NCBI GenBank assembly: GCA_009699015.1
Contig: WLOY01000001.1
Coordinates: 414-64,413, forward strand
Direction: 5' to 3'
From: Actinomycetota bacterium
Lineage (GTDB): Bacteria > Actinomycetota > Actinomycetes > S36-B12
Length of the DNA: 64,000 nt
In this document: positions 9,581 through 19,025 of the stretch, in pieces
How positions within the stretch are numbered: the first letter of the stretch is position 1
Layout: every line of letters begins with the position of its first letter
Notes under the pieces: generated by a model
The model's database searches: none
Seen by the model: only the letters and a program-made list of their open reading frames with translations
Told to the model about the DNA's origin: nothing
Position numbers and translations under genes: made by a program

Positions 9581-10594
9581 TCACACCTCCGAAAGATCTG
9601 ACATGAGCACAACGGTGACGCCCTGAGCCGCGAAGCCCAGTGTCGCGGCGGCGGCAGCAAAGTGCGGCGCGTTCGGCTGGACTGGACTCATCACGCGCTG
9701 GGCTGCTCGCCAAATGGCGAAGAGCCCCGCGGCGAAATCCGGATTGAGGCAATCGATGGATGGGAAAGACTCGGTCTTGTCGTCGCCGAGCAGGTGAGTA
9801 AGTCGTTGGGCGAGGCGGCGTTCGTTTGGCGCTCCGACGGCGAAGGCGTCAAGCGTGCCGATCGGTCCAAACGAGTCGCCAGCCTGCTTGAGGGCGAGTT
9901 CGGTCGCAGCGGTGAGTCCACCCGCCTCGATGTTGTCTCGATCCCCAAGGTCGTACCTGTCCATGGCCCATCCGACGCCCCGGACCCAGGCTCCCCCATC
10001 GACATGCCCGGGCTCGCGTGACTCGAGAACGATCGCGCATACGCCGTCTGCGTGATCTTGACAGTCCGACGCCGTCAGCGGCCATGAGATAAGCGGGTCG
10101 TTCGCTGATTCTGAGTGAGCGTTACTGCGCTCGGCCTCCGGCAGCACCGACGCCTGCAAGGCTGCCGCGATGATTCGATTCATCCCAATTGGCCGCACTA
10201 TGAAGGGATCGGCCGATACCAGTTCCGCATGCTCTGGAAAAACCGACTCGCTGGGCTTGCTCCAGCCCACGACCACGGCATTCTTGCCCTGGCCTGCGAG
10301 AAGTCGCAGGTAGGCGTATGCGAACGCGTGCTCCGGTCCGGAGGCAATGGTCGTCACGTTCTTGCCGACCCCGCCGACAGGTCCGGCGGTGACCATGCAG
10401 GAGATGATCCGTCCATCGGTCTGGTCGTTGCCACTCATCACAATCGCGTCCACCGACTCAGGTGCTATTCCCGCCTTGGCGATCGCCGTCGACACGGTCT
10501 CAAAGATCAATTCCTCGAGCGATGCCGTTTCGATCCTCTCACCGGCGATCTGATGTCCGGCGGTAATGACGACCATGTCCACGCGTTCCTTCAT
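9581..10594 (-). CDS. thiolase-fold partner subunit (Cys-less)
   Basis: The ATG at 10594 (MKERVDMVVITAGHQIAG) is preceded by an AAGGAGG RBS. Thiolase-like N- and C-halves with no Cys in the aligned nucleophile loop (TTIASGPEH). Confidence 0.7.
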   Translation of the reverse strand: MKERVDMVVITAGHQIAGERIETASLEELIFETVSTAIAKAGIAPESVDAIVMSGNDQTDGRIISCMVTAGPVGGVGKNVTTIASGPEHAFAYAYLRLLAGQGKNAVVVGWSKPSESVFPEHAELVSADPFIVRPIGMNRIIAAALQASVLPEAERSNAHSESANDPLISWPLTASDCQDHADGVCAIVLESREPGHVDGGAWVRGVGWAMDRYDLGDRDNIEAGGLTAATELALKQAGDSFGPIGTLDAFAVGAPNERRLAQRLTHLLGDDKTESFPSIDCLNPDFAAGLFAIWRAAQRVMSPVQPNAPHFAAAAATLGFAAQGVTVVLMSDLSEV

Positions 10595-10630
10595 CAGGAC
10601 GTCAATCCTCCTTCGCTGCACAATCGGGAT

Positions 10631-10652
10631 GAATTTCGATATATCGAAATTC
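10631..10652. promoter_or_regulatory. perfect 22-bp AT-rich palindrome GAATTTCGATATATCGAAATTC (candidate operator)
   Basis: Read directly; the reverse complement is identical. It lies 37-58 nt upstream of the 10594 start codon in the only sizeable gap of a 13-kb run of minus-strand genes. Confidence 0.55.
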
Positions 10653-10742
10653 ATTTCACATTAACGAAACATTATGGGGTGCGTCGTTGCCTGTCAACGG
10701 TTTCGGGCAACCCCTCTTCCGACCCCGCACCCCCCGATGGCG

Positions 10743-11639
10743 CTACCCAGCGAATCGATGACCGATCCGGCCACGAGCCCCGGGCCGCAGCCGAAACAGC
10801 GAGCCAGCAAGCGGCTGCTGTGCCATCTGATCTGCAGAGAGTCGGTGGCGTGACGTCGGAACGAACAGATCCGCGAGATCACGTCCGCCAAACGCCACGC
10901 TCGTCGTGCAACTCGCGGGCAGAAGTAATCGTTGGATCTCCGCACCTTGCTGGTCGAATCGTCTGACCTGTCCCCCGCCAAAGAAGGCGACCCACACACA
11001 CCCCTCGTCGTCGATCGTCAGTCCATCAGGCAATCCGTCAGCCGGGTCGAACTGCGCAAACGGGGTGCGCTCCCCAAGCCGCCCCTCAGGGGTCACCGGA
11101 TAGGTATCGATCCGATGCCGGCTGCTGTCGACATGCATGAGTGTCGAGGCGTCCGGCCAATCCATGCCATTGGAAATGGTGAGATCCCCGAGGACCTGCT
11201 CACAGGTCCCGTCCGGGTCGATCCGGTACAGGGCCGCCTCACCCGCAGGGCGGTATCCATCCGGGCGCTGGGAGCACATCGTCCCTGCCCACAGTCGTCC
11301 CTGTGCGTCACACACCGCATCGTTGAAGCGGTTGTAGGGATCTAGGGATGACAAGTCAACCAACGTCCGGCGAGATCCATCGGACTCCGTCAGCACGATG
11401 GTCAGGCCGATACCCATGACATACCCGCCCGAGCGACGCGGAATTGCAAAGCCAAGTGGTGTGTCAATCACCTGTGTCGACTGCTCCCCCGTCGCGGGAT
11501 CGCACAACCGAAGGAGCCCTGCATGGATGTCGACACGCGAGAGGATCCCGCTGTGCTCGTCCCAATGCGGTCCCTCGCCCAGCATGTCATCAGCGATGAA
11601 CACCGTGCAGTTCTCAAGCTGTTGCAGCTCATTCCACAT
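10743..11639 (-). CDS. SMP-30/gluconolactonase/LRE-family lactonase
   Basis: 298 aa. LGEGPHWDE near the N-terminus, repeated beta-propeller blades, and DGLTIDDEGCVWVA. Confidence 0.8.
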   Translation of the reverse strand: MWNELQQLENCTVFIADDMLGEGPHWDEHSGILSRVDIHAGLLRLCDPATGEQSTQVIDTPLGFAIPRRSGGYVMGIGLTIVLTESDGSRRTLVDLSSLDPYNRFNDAVCDAQGRLWAGTMCSQRPDGYRPAGEAALYRIDPDGTCEQVLGDLTISNGMDWPDASTLMHVDSSRHRIDTYPVTPEGRLGERTPFAQFDPADGLPDGLTIDDEGCVWVAFFGGGQVRRFDQQGAEIQRLLLPASCTTSVAFGGRDLADLFVPTSRHRLSADQMAQQPLAGSLFRLRPGARGRIGHRFAG

Positions 11640-12681
11640 TCATTCCTTCTTCCTCTTGTTCAGCCACAGGCGCCGATCCTCCCAATCGAAGGGACGGCAG
11701 TACGTTGTTCGAGATGTAGTCGAGTCGCCGGGACCCTGAGTCGACCGGCTCGCCGGGCAGGACCCCGTAGACGTGAAACTCGTGAACTCCGGCAGCCCCC
11801 GCGGTCCTGAGCCGGTCCAATGCGCCGTCGGCGTCGACGATGTCGAACTGGCCGTCGCGGATGAGATCGCGAGCGTCGGTGTATCGCGGCCTCTTCACGA
11901 AACCGTATTCGATGTACTCATTCACGTGGAAGAGCATGTGCTCGCTGAGTTCCTCCAGCGCCCGCTCTGGATCCTCATCGATAATCAACCGTGCCGTCCG
12001 CATGGTCTTCGCAGGCGCGTCCTCAAATCCGAGCTGCCGGCGCGCCGCAAGGTAGCCCGTTACGTCCTCATTGGACGAAGCCATGAATCCGTCGCCCTTT
12101 GCGGCCGCTCGCTCCAATGCGGGTCGAGCCCTGCCCCCCAGCCAGATCTCAGGTCCGCCAGGTCGCATTGGGCCGGGTGCGACGGTTAACTCAGGAAAGG
12201 ACCAGTGCCTGCCGGCGAAGGCGAATGGCTCACCCGCGAAGGCCTTTCGGATGATCGCGATCCCCTCGTCCATGAGACTCCCGCGATCGCCAAGCCAGAC
12301 GCCCAGTCCGGCGAACTCCTCTTCGCGGTAGCCGGCAGCAACACCCAGCCGGAAACGCCCCTGCGACAGGATGTCAACGGTCAGGGCATCCTCAGCGATC
12401 CTCAGTGGATGGTGGAGAGGCAACTGAATGATGTTCGTCGCAATGCCCACCCGCGAGGTGCGCGAGGCCACCGCCGCCGCGAGTACCAGCGGCGAAGGTG
12501 TCCAGCCGTCGTCGAGGAAGTGGTGTTCTGAGATCGAGACTTCGTCGAATGCGAGTTCCGCGTCCACCCACGCGATCTGATCGATGAGTTGCAGGTAACG
12601 CTCCGCCCATGGCTGACGCCACGCCGCTGGGTTTCGAAAGTCGTAGAAGACGCCGAACCTTCGAGGGTAGATGGTCTCCAT
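11629..12681 (-). CDS. luciferase-like (LLM class) flavin/F420-dependent oxidoreductase
   Basis: 350 aa. ISEHHF, a VGIATNIIQLPLHHPLRIAEDALTVDILSQGRFRLGVAAGY TIM-barrel pattern. Confidence 0.85.
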   Translation of the reverse strand: METIYPRRFGVFYDFRNPAAWRQPWAERYLQLIDQIAWVDAELAFDEVSISEHHFLDDGWTPSPLVLAAAVASRTSRVGIATNIIQLPLHHPLRIAEDALTVDILSQGRFRLGVAAGYREEEFAGLGVWLGDRGSLMDEGIAIIRKAFAGEPFAFAGRHWSFPELTVAPGPMRPGGPEIWLGGRARPALERAAAKGDGFMASSNEDVTGYLAARRQLGFEDAPAKTMRTARLIIDEDPERALEELSEHMLFHVNEYIEYGFVKRPRYTDARDLIRDGQFDIVDADGALDRLRTAGAAGVHEFHVYGVLPGEPVDSGSRRLDYISNNVLPSLRLGGSAPVAEQEEEGMNVE

Positions 12682-12687
12682 GTCCGA

Positions 12688-13455
12688 CTAGACCGCCGTG
12701 TATCCGCCGTCGACCGGCAGAGCCACACCGGTGAGGTAGCTCGACTCGTCGCCGGCGAGGAACAGTATCGATGCCGCAATCTCACTGGGCTCAGCAACGC
12801 GCCCAAGCGGCACGCGACTCGAATACAGCTCGGCCACTTCGTCAATCGATTCCTGCCCCTTGGCCATGAAGCCGGCCAGCATCGGAGTGCGGACCGGGCC
12901 GGGGCAGACGGCATTCACCCGGATCCCCTCCGGCGCCAGGACAACGCACAGCGATTTCGTGAGACCGATGAGACCCGCCTTCGTCAGCGAGTAGAGCGGG
13001 CTGGTGAAGGATCCCACGAGGCCTGCCGCAGACGAGGTGTAGATGATCGATCCGCCATTCCCTGTCCTTCGCATGAGCGGAAGCACCGCTTGGGTGAGGA
13101 AGAACCCGCTCTTGAGGTTCACGTCTACACTTTTCTCCCACTGTGCTTCGGAGATTCCATCAATTCCATGCGGATTGGGCATCCCCACATTGCTCACGAG
13201 AATGTCGACGTGGGGCACGACGCCGCCGATCTCGGCTGCAACGCGCTGGATCTGGTCAACGCAGCCGAGGTCTGCTTGGTGCGCTGAAGCTCGGCCGCCG
13301 GCCTCCACGATTTCACGTGCGAGCTCGCGAACAGAATCACCGTTGAGGTCGATGAGCGCCACGGTCGCGCCAGCGCCCGACAAGGCAATGGCGCTCATCC
13401 GGCCAATACCCGAGCCTGCAGCAGCGATGACCGCCACTTTGTCCTGCCAAGCCAT
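12688..13455 (-). CDS. SDR oxidoreductase
   Basis: AAGSGIGR motif, S...YSLTK triad, and the C-terminal YLTGVALPVDGG. Confidence 0.9.
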   Translation of the reverse strand: MAWQDKVAVIAAAGSGIGRMSAIALSGAGATVALIDLNGDSVRELAREIVEAGGRASAHQADLGCVDQIQRVAAEIGGVVPHVDILVSNVGMPNPHGIDGISEAQWEKSVDVNLKSGFFLTQAVLPLMRRTGNGGSIIYTSSAAGLVGSFTSPLYSLTKAGLIGLTKSLCVVLAPEGIRVNAVCPGPVRTPMLAGFMAKGQESIDEVAELYSSRVPLGRVAEPSEIAASILFLAGDESSYLTGVALPVDGGYTAV

Positions 13456-13498
13456 ACGTGTCCTTCCATCGATGCACTGGGGTTACAACTGCTCGGCG

Positions 13499-13948
13499 CT
13501 ACTCCACCGCATGGAGGCTTCGCTTGGCGGCAGGTTCGGAAGGCGTCCGAACCATGGGTGCATCCATCGAGACGTGTCGATGTCGTATCCGCCAATCATC
13601 GTCATGGAATTCGAAGACGTCTCGGTAGGTAGCGGTGAAGGCGATCGAGACACCCGCCTCAGTGGTCTGCAGCAAAGCGGCGGAACAACGGCCGGTGATC
13701 AAGTCGCCGTCCTGGGCAAGTTCGTGATGCCATGTGCTGTGGCGCGTTGGTCCCCGCTGGGCCAACAGCCAAAGGCGTCCGAACTCGATCAGGTTTTCAC
13801 GGCCCACGACGAGCAAGGGCCGGGTGGTCTCGAGTCTTCCGTCCGGGGTGAAGCACTCGGCCCAGCCTTCGATGTGCCCATCGTCCAGAAGGTGGGCGTA
13901 GGCGCTGTAGCGCGCCATGACACGTTCCCGGACCGCGTCGAGCACCAT
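13499..13948 (-). CDS. NTF2/SnoaL-like small protein
   Basis: 149 aa. YAHLLDDGHIEGWAECFTPDG is typical of SnoaL-like/ring-hydroxylating beta-subunit-like folds. Confidence 0.6.
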   Translation of the reverse strand: MVLDAVRERVMARYSAYAHLLDDGHIEGWAECFTPDGRLETTRPLLVVGRENLIEFGRLWLLAQRGPTRHSTWHHELAQDGDLITGRCSAALLQTTEAGVSIAFTATYRDVFEFHDDDWRIRHRHVSMDAPMVRTPSEPAAKRSLHAVE

Positions 13949-14031
13949 GGGACCACTGTAGGTTCGCTGACTCCCCGGTCGTGTCCCATCTTGAAACAGT
14001 CAATGCCCACGTTGCTGCATAGGCTCCTCTT

Positions 14032-14832
14032 GTGCCGACTCCACGACCCGACCCGAGTTCTCAGGACCATGCGCGAGGAGAGCTTCATGGACAGGTCGCC
14101 GTTGTCACAGGGGCCGGCAGTGGAATCGGGCGCGCCATCGCCGAACTCCTTGCCGTACACGGCGCTCATGTCGTGGGGGTCGATCGACGAAAGGAGCCCC
14201 TGACAGACCTCGTCGAAAGCATTGCGGCATCCGGGGGCTCGGCAGCGTTCATGACTGTAGACGTTGCTGAAGCCGAAAGCGTCGAGCGGTGCATCTCTGC
14301 CTCGCGAGAGAACCACGGCTCCTTGGACATCCTCGTGAACTGCGCCGGCGTCATAGTGCCACCAACTCCGATCGCGGAATTTGATGTACGCAGTTTCGAT
14401 TACATCATGGGCGTCAACGTGAAGGGTGTCTTCCTGTGCATGCGTTACGCCCTGCCAATCATGATCAATCAGGGGCGCGGCGTGGTGCTGAACATCGGCT
14501 CGGTGACCTCGGTGAAAACAATGGCCGACCTAGGGCCTTACGCCGCTTCGAAACGGGCCGTCACCGCACTCACCCGGGCGGCCGCCCTTGAGGTAGGACC
14601 GCAGGGGGTCAGGGTCAACGAACTGCTCCCGGGACCAACCCTGACGCGGATGGTCACCGGTCCGGTCGATGCGCAGACAGGGGCAGTCGCGTCGTTCGCC
14701 AGCAAGGTTCCCCTCGGGCGGGTATCCCTTCCAGCAGAACAGGCCGAGGCCGCGCTCTTCCTCGTCTCCGCTAGGAGCGCTTACGTCAACGGTGCATCAC
14801 TCCTCGTCGACGGCGGTCTTGCCTGGGCGTAG
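14032..14832 (+). CDS. SDR oxidoreductase
   Basis: VVTGAGSGIGRA, NCAG, S...YAASK, and the C-terminal YVNGASLLVDGG. GTG start uncertain. Confidence 0.85.
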   Translation: MPTPRPDPSSQDHARGELHGQVAVVTGAGSGIGRAIAELLAVHGAHVVGVDRRKEPLTDLVESIAASGGSAAFMTVDVAEAESVERCISASRENHGSLDILVNCAGVIVPPTPIAEFDVRSFDYIMGVNVKGVFLCMRYALPIMINQGRGVVLNIGSVTSVKTMADLGPYAASKRAVTALTRAAALEVGPQGVRVNELLPGPTLTRMVTGPVDAQTGAVASFASKVPLGRVSLPAEQAEAALFLVSARSAYVNGASLLVDGGLAWA

Positions 14833-14893
14833 TCGCGACGACGACCGCCGACCGTGCCACGTGCACCGGCTCCAGCGTCGGGGTGCCCCTCTT

Positions 14894-14913
14894 TACCAAC
14901 CAAGCGATTGGTA
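14894..14913. promoter_or_regulatory. inverted repeat TACCAA-N8-TTGGTA upstream of the regulator gene
   Basis: Read directly. It overlaps possible -10 hexamers TAGCAT/CATGGT and shares the TTGGTA core with boxes in other promoters of the island. Confidence 0.45.
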
Positions 14914-14926
14914 GCATGGTAGGGAG

Positions 14927-16672
14927 GTGTGGGGAGGGATTCCAGTGGAGACGGCTGTCAGGGCCCAGGCGCAAGAGCAGCTCCTTGCTCGCTCTTGGAC
15001 ACGGTCTCGCGCGTTTGGCCTTGATCAGGGAGCGCCCCTTGAGTTGCCGTTCCATGCCGGGGTCGAATCCGACAATCGATTCACGCGGACGGCCCGTCCC
15101 GTTCTCGACTACCTCGGGGATCTGCTACCAGGATGCGGCACCGCCGCGGTCCTCCTCGATGCTCAGGGATGCATCCTTGCCCGCGTCTGTGACGACGACT
15201 CGCTCCTTCGACGGATGGACAGCGGCAAGAGCGTCCCCGGCTTCGTGTGGAGGGAGGAGTACGCCGGCTGCAACGCTGTAGGCATTGCGCTGGAGGAACG
15301 TCTCCCCGCATGGACGAGCGGACAGGATCATTACATGGAGGTCTTGCGCGACCTGTCATGCGCAGCAGCACCGATCATCAACCCCCTCAGCCAGCGACTC
15401 GAAGGCGTCCTTGACCTCACGGCTAACCTCACATTCGCCCATCCGCTGATGCTGCCTTTAGCGATACAGGCAGCCAAGTCGATCGAGGAAAGGCTCGTCG
15501 CTGCTGGGTCGGCGACAGAACAATTGCTCCTCCGCCGCTTTCTCTCGGCCTCCCGACGGCCAGGTCAAATGGTCCTCGTCCTGAGTGAGCGATCCGAACT
15601 CAGCACCAAGGCCGCGGCCCGACGCCTCAGTGCGTCTGACCGGGCGGTGATCGCCCACGCGGCGAGCGAACAAGTCGATGGCACTGACTCGAACACCTTT
15701 GACCTCGCCCTCACGGATGGTGGAGCCGTATCGGTGCGCTGCGAGACCATCGAGGCCCAAGGCCGCAGGGTGGGCTCGGCCGTCACGATCACGAGTCGGG
15801 ATGCCGGTCGCACCACACGTCGAGGCCCTGCGGTCACGTCCGGGTCTTTGGGATCAATCTCCCCGAGCCCGGGCTTCCTAGGACGAAGCTCAGCGAGCCA
15901 ATCAGTCCGTCATGACGCCGGCGAACTGGCTACCGCAGCATTCCCGATACTGATCTCGGGCGAGTCTGGGGTGGGGAAGGTTCACCTCGCAAGCATCATC
16001 GGACGAAGCCTTCGAAACGTCCTCCTGCTCGACGCACGCACGTATTGCGAGGAAGGCGAGCGGGCGCTTCTTCGAGAGCTCTCTGCGTTCGTTCACAAGG
16101 CTCACACGTGCGTCATCGTCCGCAACATCGAGGTGCTGTCCGATCATGTCCTGAGAGAACTGGGCTCCGTCGCCCGCGTTGCCGAGGAGAATGGCTCTCG
16201 AGTCATCACCACGACCACGTCTACCTCCGATATCACCCGCGACAACCGACTGCCAATAGGAATCGGGATCCACATTCCTCCGCTCAGGGAACGACCGGAG
16301 GACATCTGGGACCTTACCCCAGCACTCCTCGCACGCAAGGGCTCGAATATCCGAACGGCAGCACCAGTATTGGAGGCCTTCATGCGCTATCCCTGGCCAG
16401 GCAACGTCAGTGAACTCGATACAGTGCTGTCCGCCATGTTGCACCGATGCCGCGGATCTCAACTCAGCCTTGCCGACCTTCCCGTTCAATACCATCGCGG
16501 CGGAAGGCGACTGCGCCGCATCGAGCACGTCGAGCGCGCAGCAATTGTGCAGGCCCTCGCGGAGGCAGGTGGTAACCGAACGAAGGCAGCGGGGATTCTC
16601 GAGATCGGCCGCGCCACGCTTTATCGAAAAATGCGTGTCTACGGACTCGGTCCAGACAGCGTCGCGATCTGA
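14927..16672 (+). CDS. GAF-AAA+-Fis(HTH_8) transcriptional activator with degenerate AAA+ module
   Basis: Walker A GESGVGK, PPLRERPEDI, WPGNVSELD, and the C-terminal HTH NRTKAAGILEIGRATLYRKM. The GTG at 14945 has a better-spaced GGGGAGGG RBS. Confidence 0.8.
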   Translation: MWGGIPVETAVRAQAQEQLLARSWTRSRAFGLDQGAPLELPFHAGVESDNRFTRTARPVLDYLGDLLPGCGTAAVLLDAQGCILARVCDDDSLLRRMDSGKSVPGFVWREEYAGCNAVGIALEERLPAWTSGQDHYMEVLRDLSCAAAPIINPLSQRLEGVLDLTANLTFAHPLMLPLAIQAAKSIEERLVAAGSATEQLLLRRFLSASRRPGQMVLVLSERSELSTKAAARRLSASDRAVIAHAASEQVDGTDSNTFDLALTDGGAVSVRCETIEAQGRRVGSAVTITSRDAGRTTRRGPAVTSGSLGSISPSPGFLGRSSASQSVRHDAGELATAAFPILISGESGVGKVHLASIIGRSLRNVLLLDARTYCEEGERALLRELSAFVHKAHTCVIVRNIEVLSDHVLRELGSVARVAEENGSRVITTTTSTSDITRDNRLPIGIGIHIPPLRERPEDIWDLTPALLARKGSNIRTAAPVLEAFMRYPWPGNVSELDTVLSAMLHRCRGSQLSLADLPVQYHRGGRRLRRIEHVERAAIVQALAEAGGNRTKAAGILEIGRATLYRKMRVYGLGPDSVAI

Positions 16673-18309
16673 TGGACGCGGCGTCAATTGACGGGTCCAC
16701 TCAGCATCCATCCCGACCCAAGCGTTTGATGACGTCCGCGAGCGTGATGAATGAGCCGAGCGTCGTGGGCGACATCACGACCATCTGGGCGCGACGAGAC
16801 CCGACGCGGGTAGCCCTACGCAACAAGGACGGCGTAGAGCGCACCTATGCCGAACTCGAGGATCGAACAACACGCATCGCCAACGGCCTGCTCGCCATGG
16901 GGCTAACCGCCGGCGATCGCATCGCAACCTGGATGGACGACTGCTTCGAATATGTCGAGGTGTACCTGGCCGCGGCAAAGGCGGGGCTGATCATCTGTCC
17001 CATCAATGCCCGACTCACCCCGGCCGAGGCCACCTACCTCCTCAATGACAGTGGCCCGCGGATCATCATCTGGACTGCGGATCTCGATGAGAAGGTGGCC
17101 GAACTTGATGATCGTGAAATGGTGGATCGACATCGCCTCCGAATCAATCCGGGTGGCGAATGCCAACTCGCGCGCCTCATCGAGGCCTCGCCTCCCAACC
17201 TCCAGCCCGTCGATGTCGATCCGGCCAGCCCGTTGATCCTGGGCTACACGAGCGGAACCACCGGGCGTCCAAAGGGAGCGATCCTCACCCACGAGTCCAT
17301 TCTCGCCCTGGGCCGAATCAACGCCACGTCATTCCGAATGACCGCCTACCCGCGAATGGCACTCACCGGCTCGATGTCGTTCGTCGCCGTGGTCCCTGCC
17401 CATGTGCTGTGCACGCTGAGACTTGGCGGCTGCCTCACAATGATGGGCAAATGGACAGTCGATGAACTGCTGGCGGTCCTTGAACGCGACCTGATCACCT
17501 TTACATACATCCCCTCCCCACTGATCACCGACGTTGCACGAGCGCTAGCCCAGCACCCACAGGCGTGGACAAACCTGCGCTCAGTCCTGCACTCCGCAAG
17601 CCGAGCACGACCGGACCAGTTACATGAACTCGTGACGGTGATCGGTACCCGCTTGGTTGAGGGCTGGGGGATGACCGAAAACTCGGGCGGCCTCATGACC
17701 GCCATGCTCGGACATGAGTATCTCGGCCGCGAGGTACACGACCCCGCGTTCACGTCGGTCGGGTTACCAGCCCTTGACATCTCCGTACGGGTCGTCGGCC
17801 CTGAGGGGCACGAACTTCCGCATGACGGTGAGAGCATCGGCGAGTTGGCCTTCTCCGGGCCGTCACTGATGACCGGCTACTGGAACCGCCCTGAAGAGAC
17901 GGCAAAGACTCTGCGGGACGGCTGGTTCTTCACCGGCGACTTGGGAAGTATCGACAGCGCCGGTTACGTGTACATCTCAGACCGTCGAACAGACCTCATC
18001 GTCAGCGGCGGCGCGAACGTCTACCCGAGCGAGGTCGAGGATTGCATCAGCCAGTTGGCAGGAGTGCGTGAGGTCGCAGTCGTCGGGGTTCCACATGAGC
18101 GCTGGGGCCAGACCGTAGTTGCGGCCATTGTGGTAGACGATGATTCCATCACCCAAGAGGTCGTGCTCGAGCACTGCCGGACGTTCTTGGCAAGCTACAA
18201 GAAACCCACTCGCGTCCTAATGATGGAGTCACTCCCCCGCACTGTCAGCCTCAAAATCTCGCGCGCTGCAGTCCGAACCATCGTCCTCGAGCAGGTTGAA
18301 CCGACGTGA
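16672..18309 (+). CDS. AMP-dependent acyl-CoA synthetase/ligase
   Basis: YTSGTTGRPKGA, GWGMTE, TGDLG, PRTVSLKISR. The ATG at 16672 overlaps the regulator stop (TGATG); an alternative ATG lies at 16729. Confidence 0.85.
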   Translation: MDAASIDGSTQHPSRPKRLMTSASVMNEPSVVGDITTIWARRDPTRVALRNKDGVERTYAELEDRTTRIANGLLAMGLTAGDRIATWMDDCFEYVEVYLAAAKAGLIICPINARLTPAEATYLLNDSGPRIIIWTADLDEKVAELDDREMVDRHRLRINPGGECQLARLIEASPPNLQPVDVDPASPLILGYTSGTTGRPKGAILTHESILALGRINATSFRMTAYPRMALTGSMSFVAVVPAHVLCTLRLGGCLTMMGKWTVDELLAVLERDLITFTYIPSPLITDVARALAQHPQAWTNLRSVLHSASRARPDQLHELVTVIGTRLVEGWGMTENSGGLMTAMLGHEYLGREVHDPAFTSVGLPALDISVRVVGPEGHELPHDGESIGELAFSGPSLMTGYWNRPEETAKTLRDGWFFTGDLGSIDSAGYVYISDRRTDLIVSGGANVYPSEVEDCISQLAGVREVAVVGVPHERWGQTVVAAIVVDDDSITQEVVLEHCRTFLASYKKPTRVLMMESLPRTVSLKISRAAVRTIVLEQVEPT

Positions 18310-18332
18310 AATGCAAAAACTGGGTTGGTCTC

Positions 18333-19025
18333 CTACTCGAGGTCTAGATCAGGTTCCAGATGGTTCGTGTCATTGAACCGTCTCAGAAGCCAGTCATCGC
18401 CCCGAACGACCAGGTGCGTCAAGGATGCGTTGTCGGACTCCGATAGGGAGTGCATCCGGCCACCCGTGGCCAGTGCCGAGATCATTCCGATGACGCCACC
18501 ATGGGTGAAAACGACCACCCGCTGATTCGGATGGTTTGACGCTATTCGCTTGATGGCACCAGTGAGACGTCTCGCAAAGTCGACTTCCTGCTCCGCCATG
18601 GGAATAACGTCCCAGGTCCTTTCAGCAAGCACACGCTGCCAGTCTGGGTGGTTCTCTTCACGACGAATTCGGTAGACGCCCCCCTCCCACTCACCGAGAA
18701 AGATCTCACGAACATCGGGCTCAACCATCGGAGTCAGCCCGGTAATCTCCGCCAACGGCGCAGCCGTCTGTGCCGTCCGCTGAAGGGTGCTCACGTAGAT
18801 CGCGTCAATCGGTTGCTTCGCAAGTCGCGCTGCGACCATGCCCGCCTGCACATGCCCTCGCGGATCAAGGGGCGGGTCACCGTGCCCGTCGACGAGCGGT
18901 TGGGGGTCGTCAAGACGAAATGGCCTGGATTCGCCATGGCGCACGATGAAGATGTGCGTGGCTCCTTCAGGCAGACTGAATCGATTTTGGCGGTATTCAA
19001 CCACAGCCGGCTCATCTTTTGTCAT
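18333..19025 (-). CDS. histidine phosphatase family protein (PGAM-like)
   Basis: IFIVRHGES catalytic RHG motif. The ATG at 19025 overlaps the upstream stop (ATGA). Confidence 0.8.
   Translation of the reverse strand: MTKDEPAVVEYRQNRFSLPEGATHIFIVRHGESRPFRLDDPQPLVDGHGDPPLDPRGHVQAGMVAARLAKQPIDAIYVSTLQRTAQTAAPLAEITGLTPMVEPDVREIFLGEWEGGVYRIRREENHPDWQRVLAERTWDVIPMAEQEVDFARRLTGAIKRIASNHPNQRVVVFTHGGVIGMISALATGGRMHSLSESDNASLTHLVVRGDDWLLRRFNDTNHLEPDLDLE

Noticed and set aside
13043-14203. 386-aa plus-strand ORF
   Set aside because: It runs antisense across three well-supported genes (SDR 12688-13455, NTF2-like 13499-13948, start of SDR 14032). It has an Arg/Pro/Ser/Ala-rich composition and no motifs. 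This is a typical open antisense frame in GC-rich DNA.
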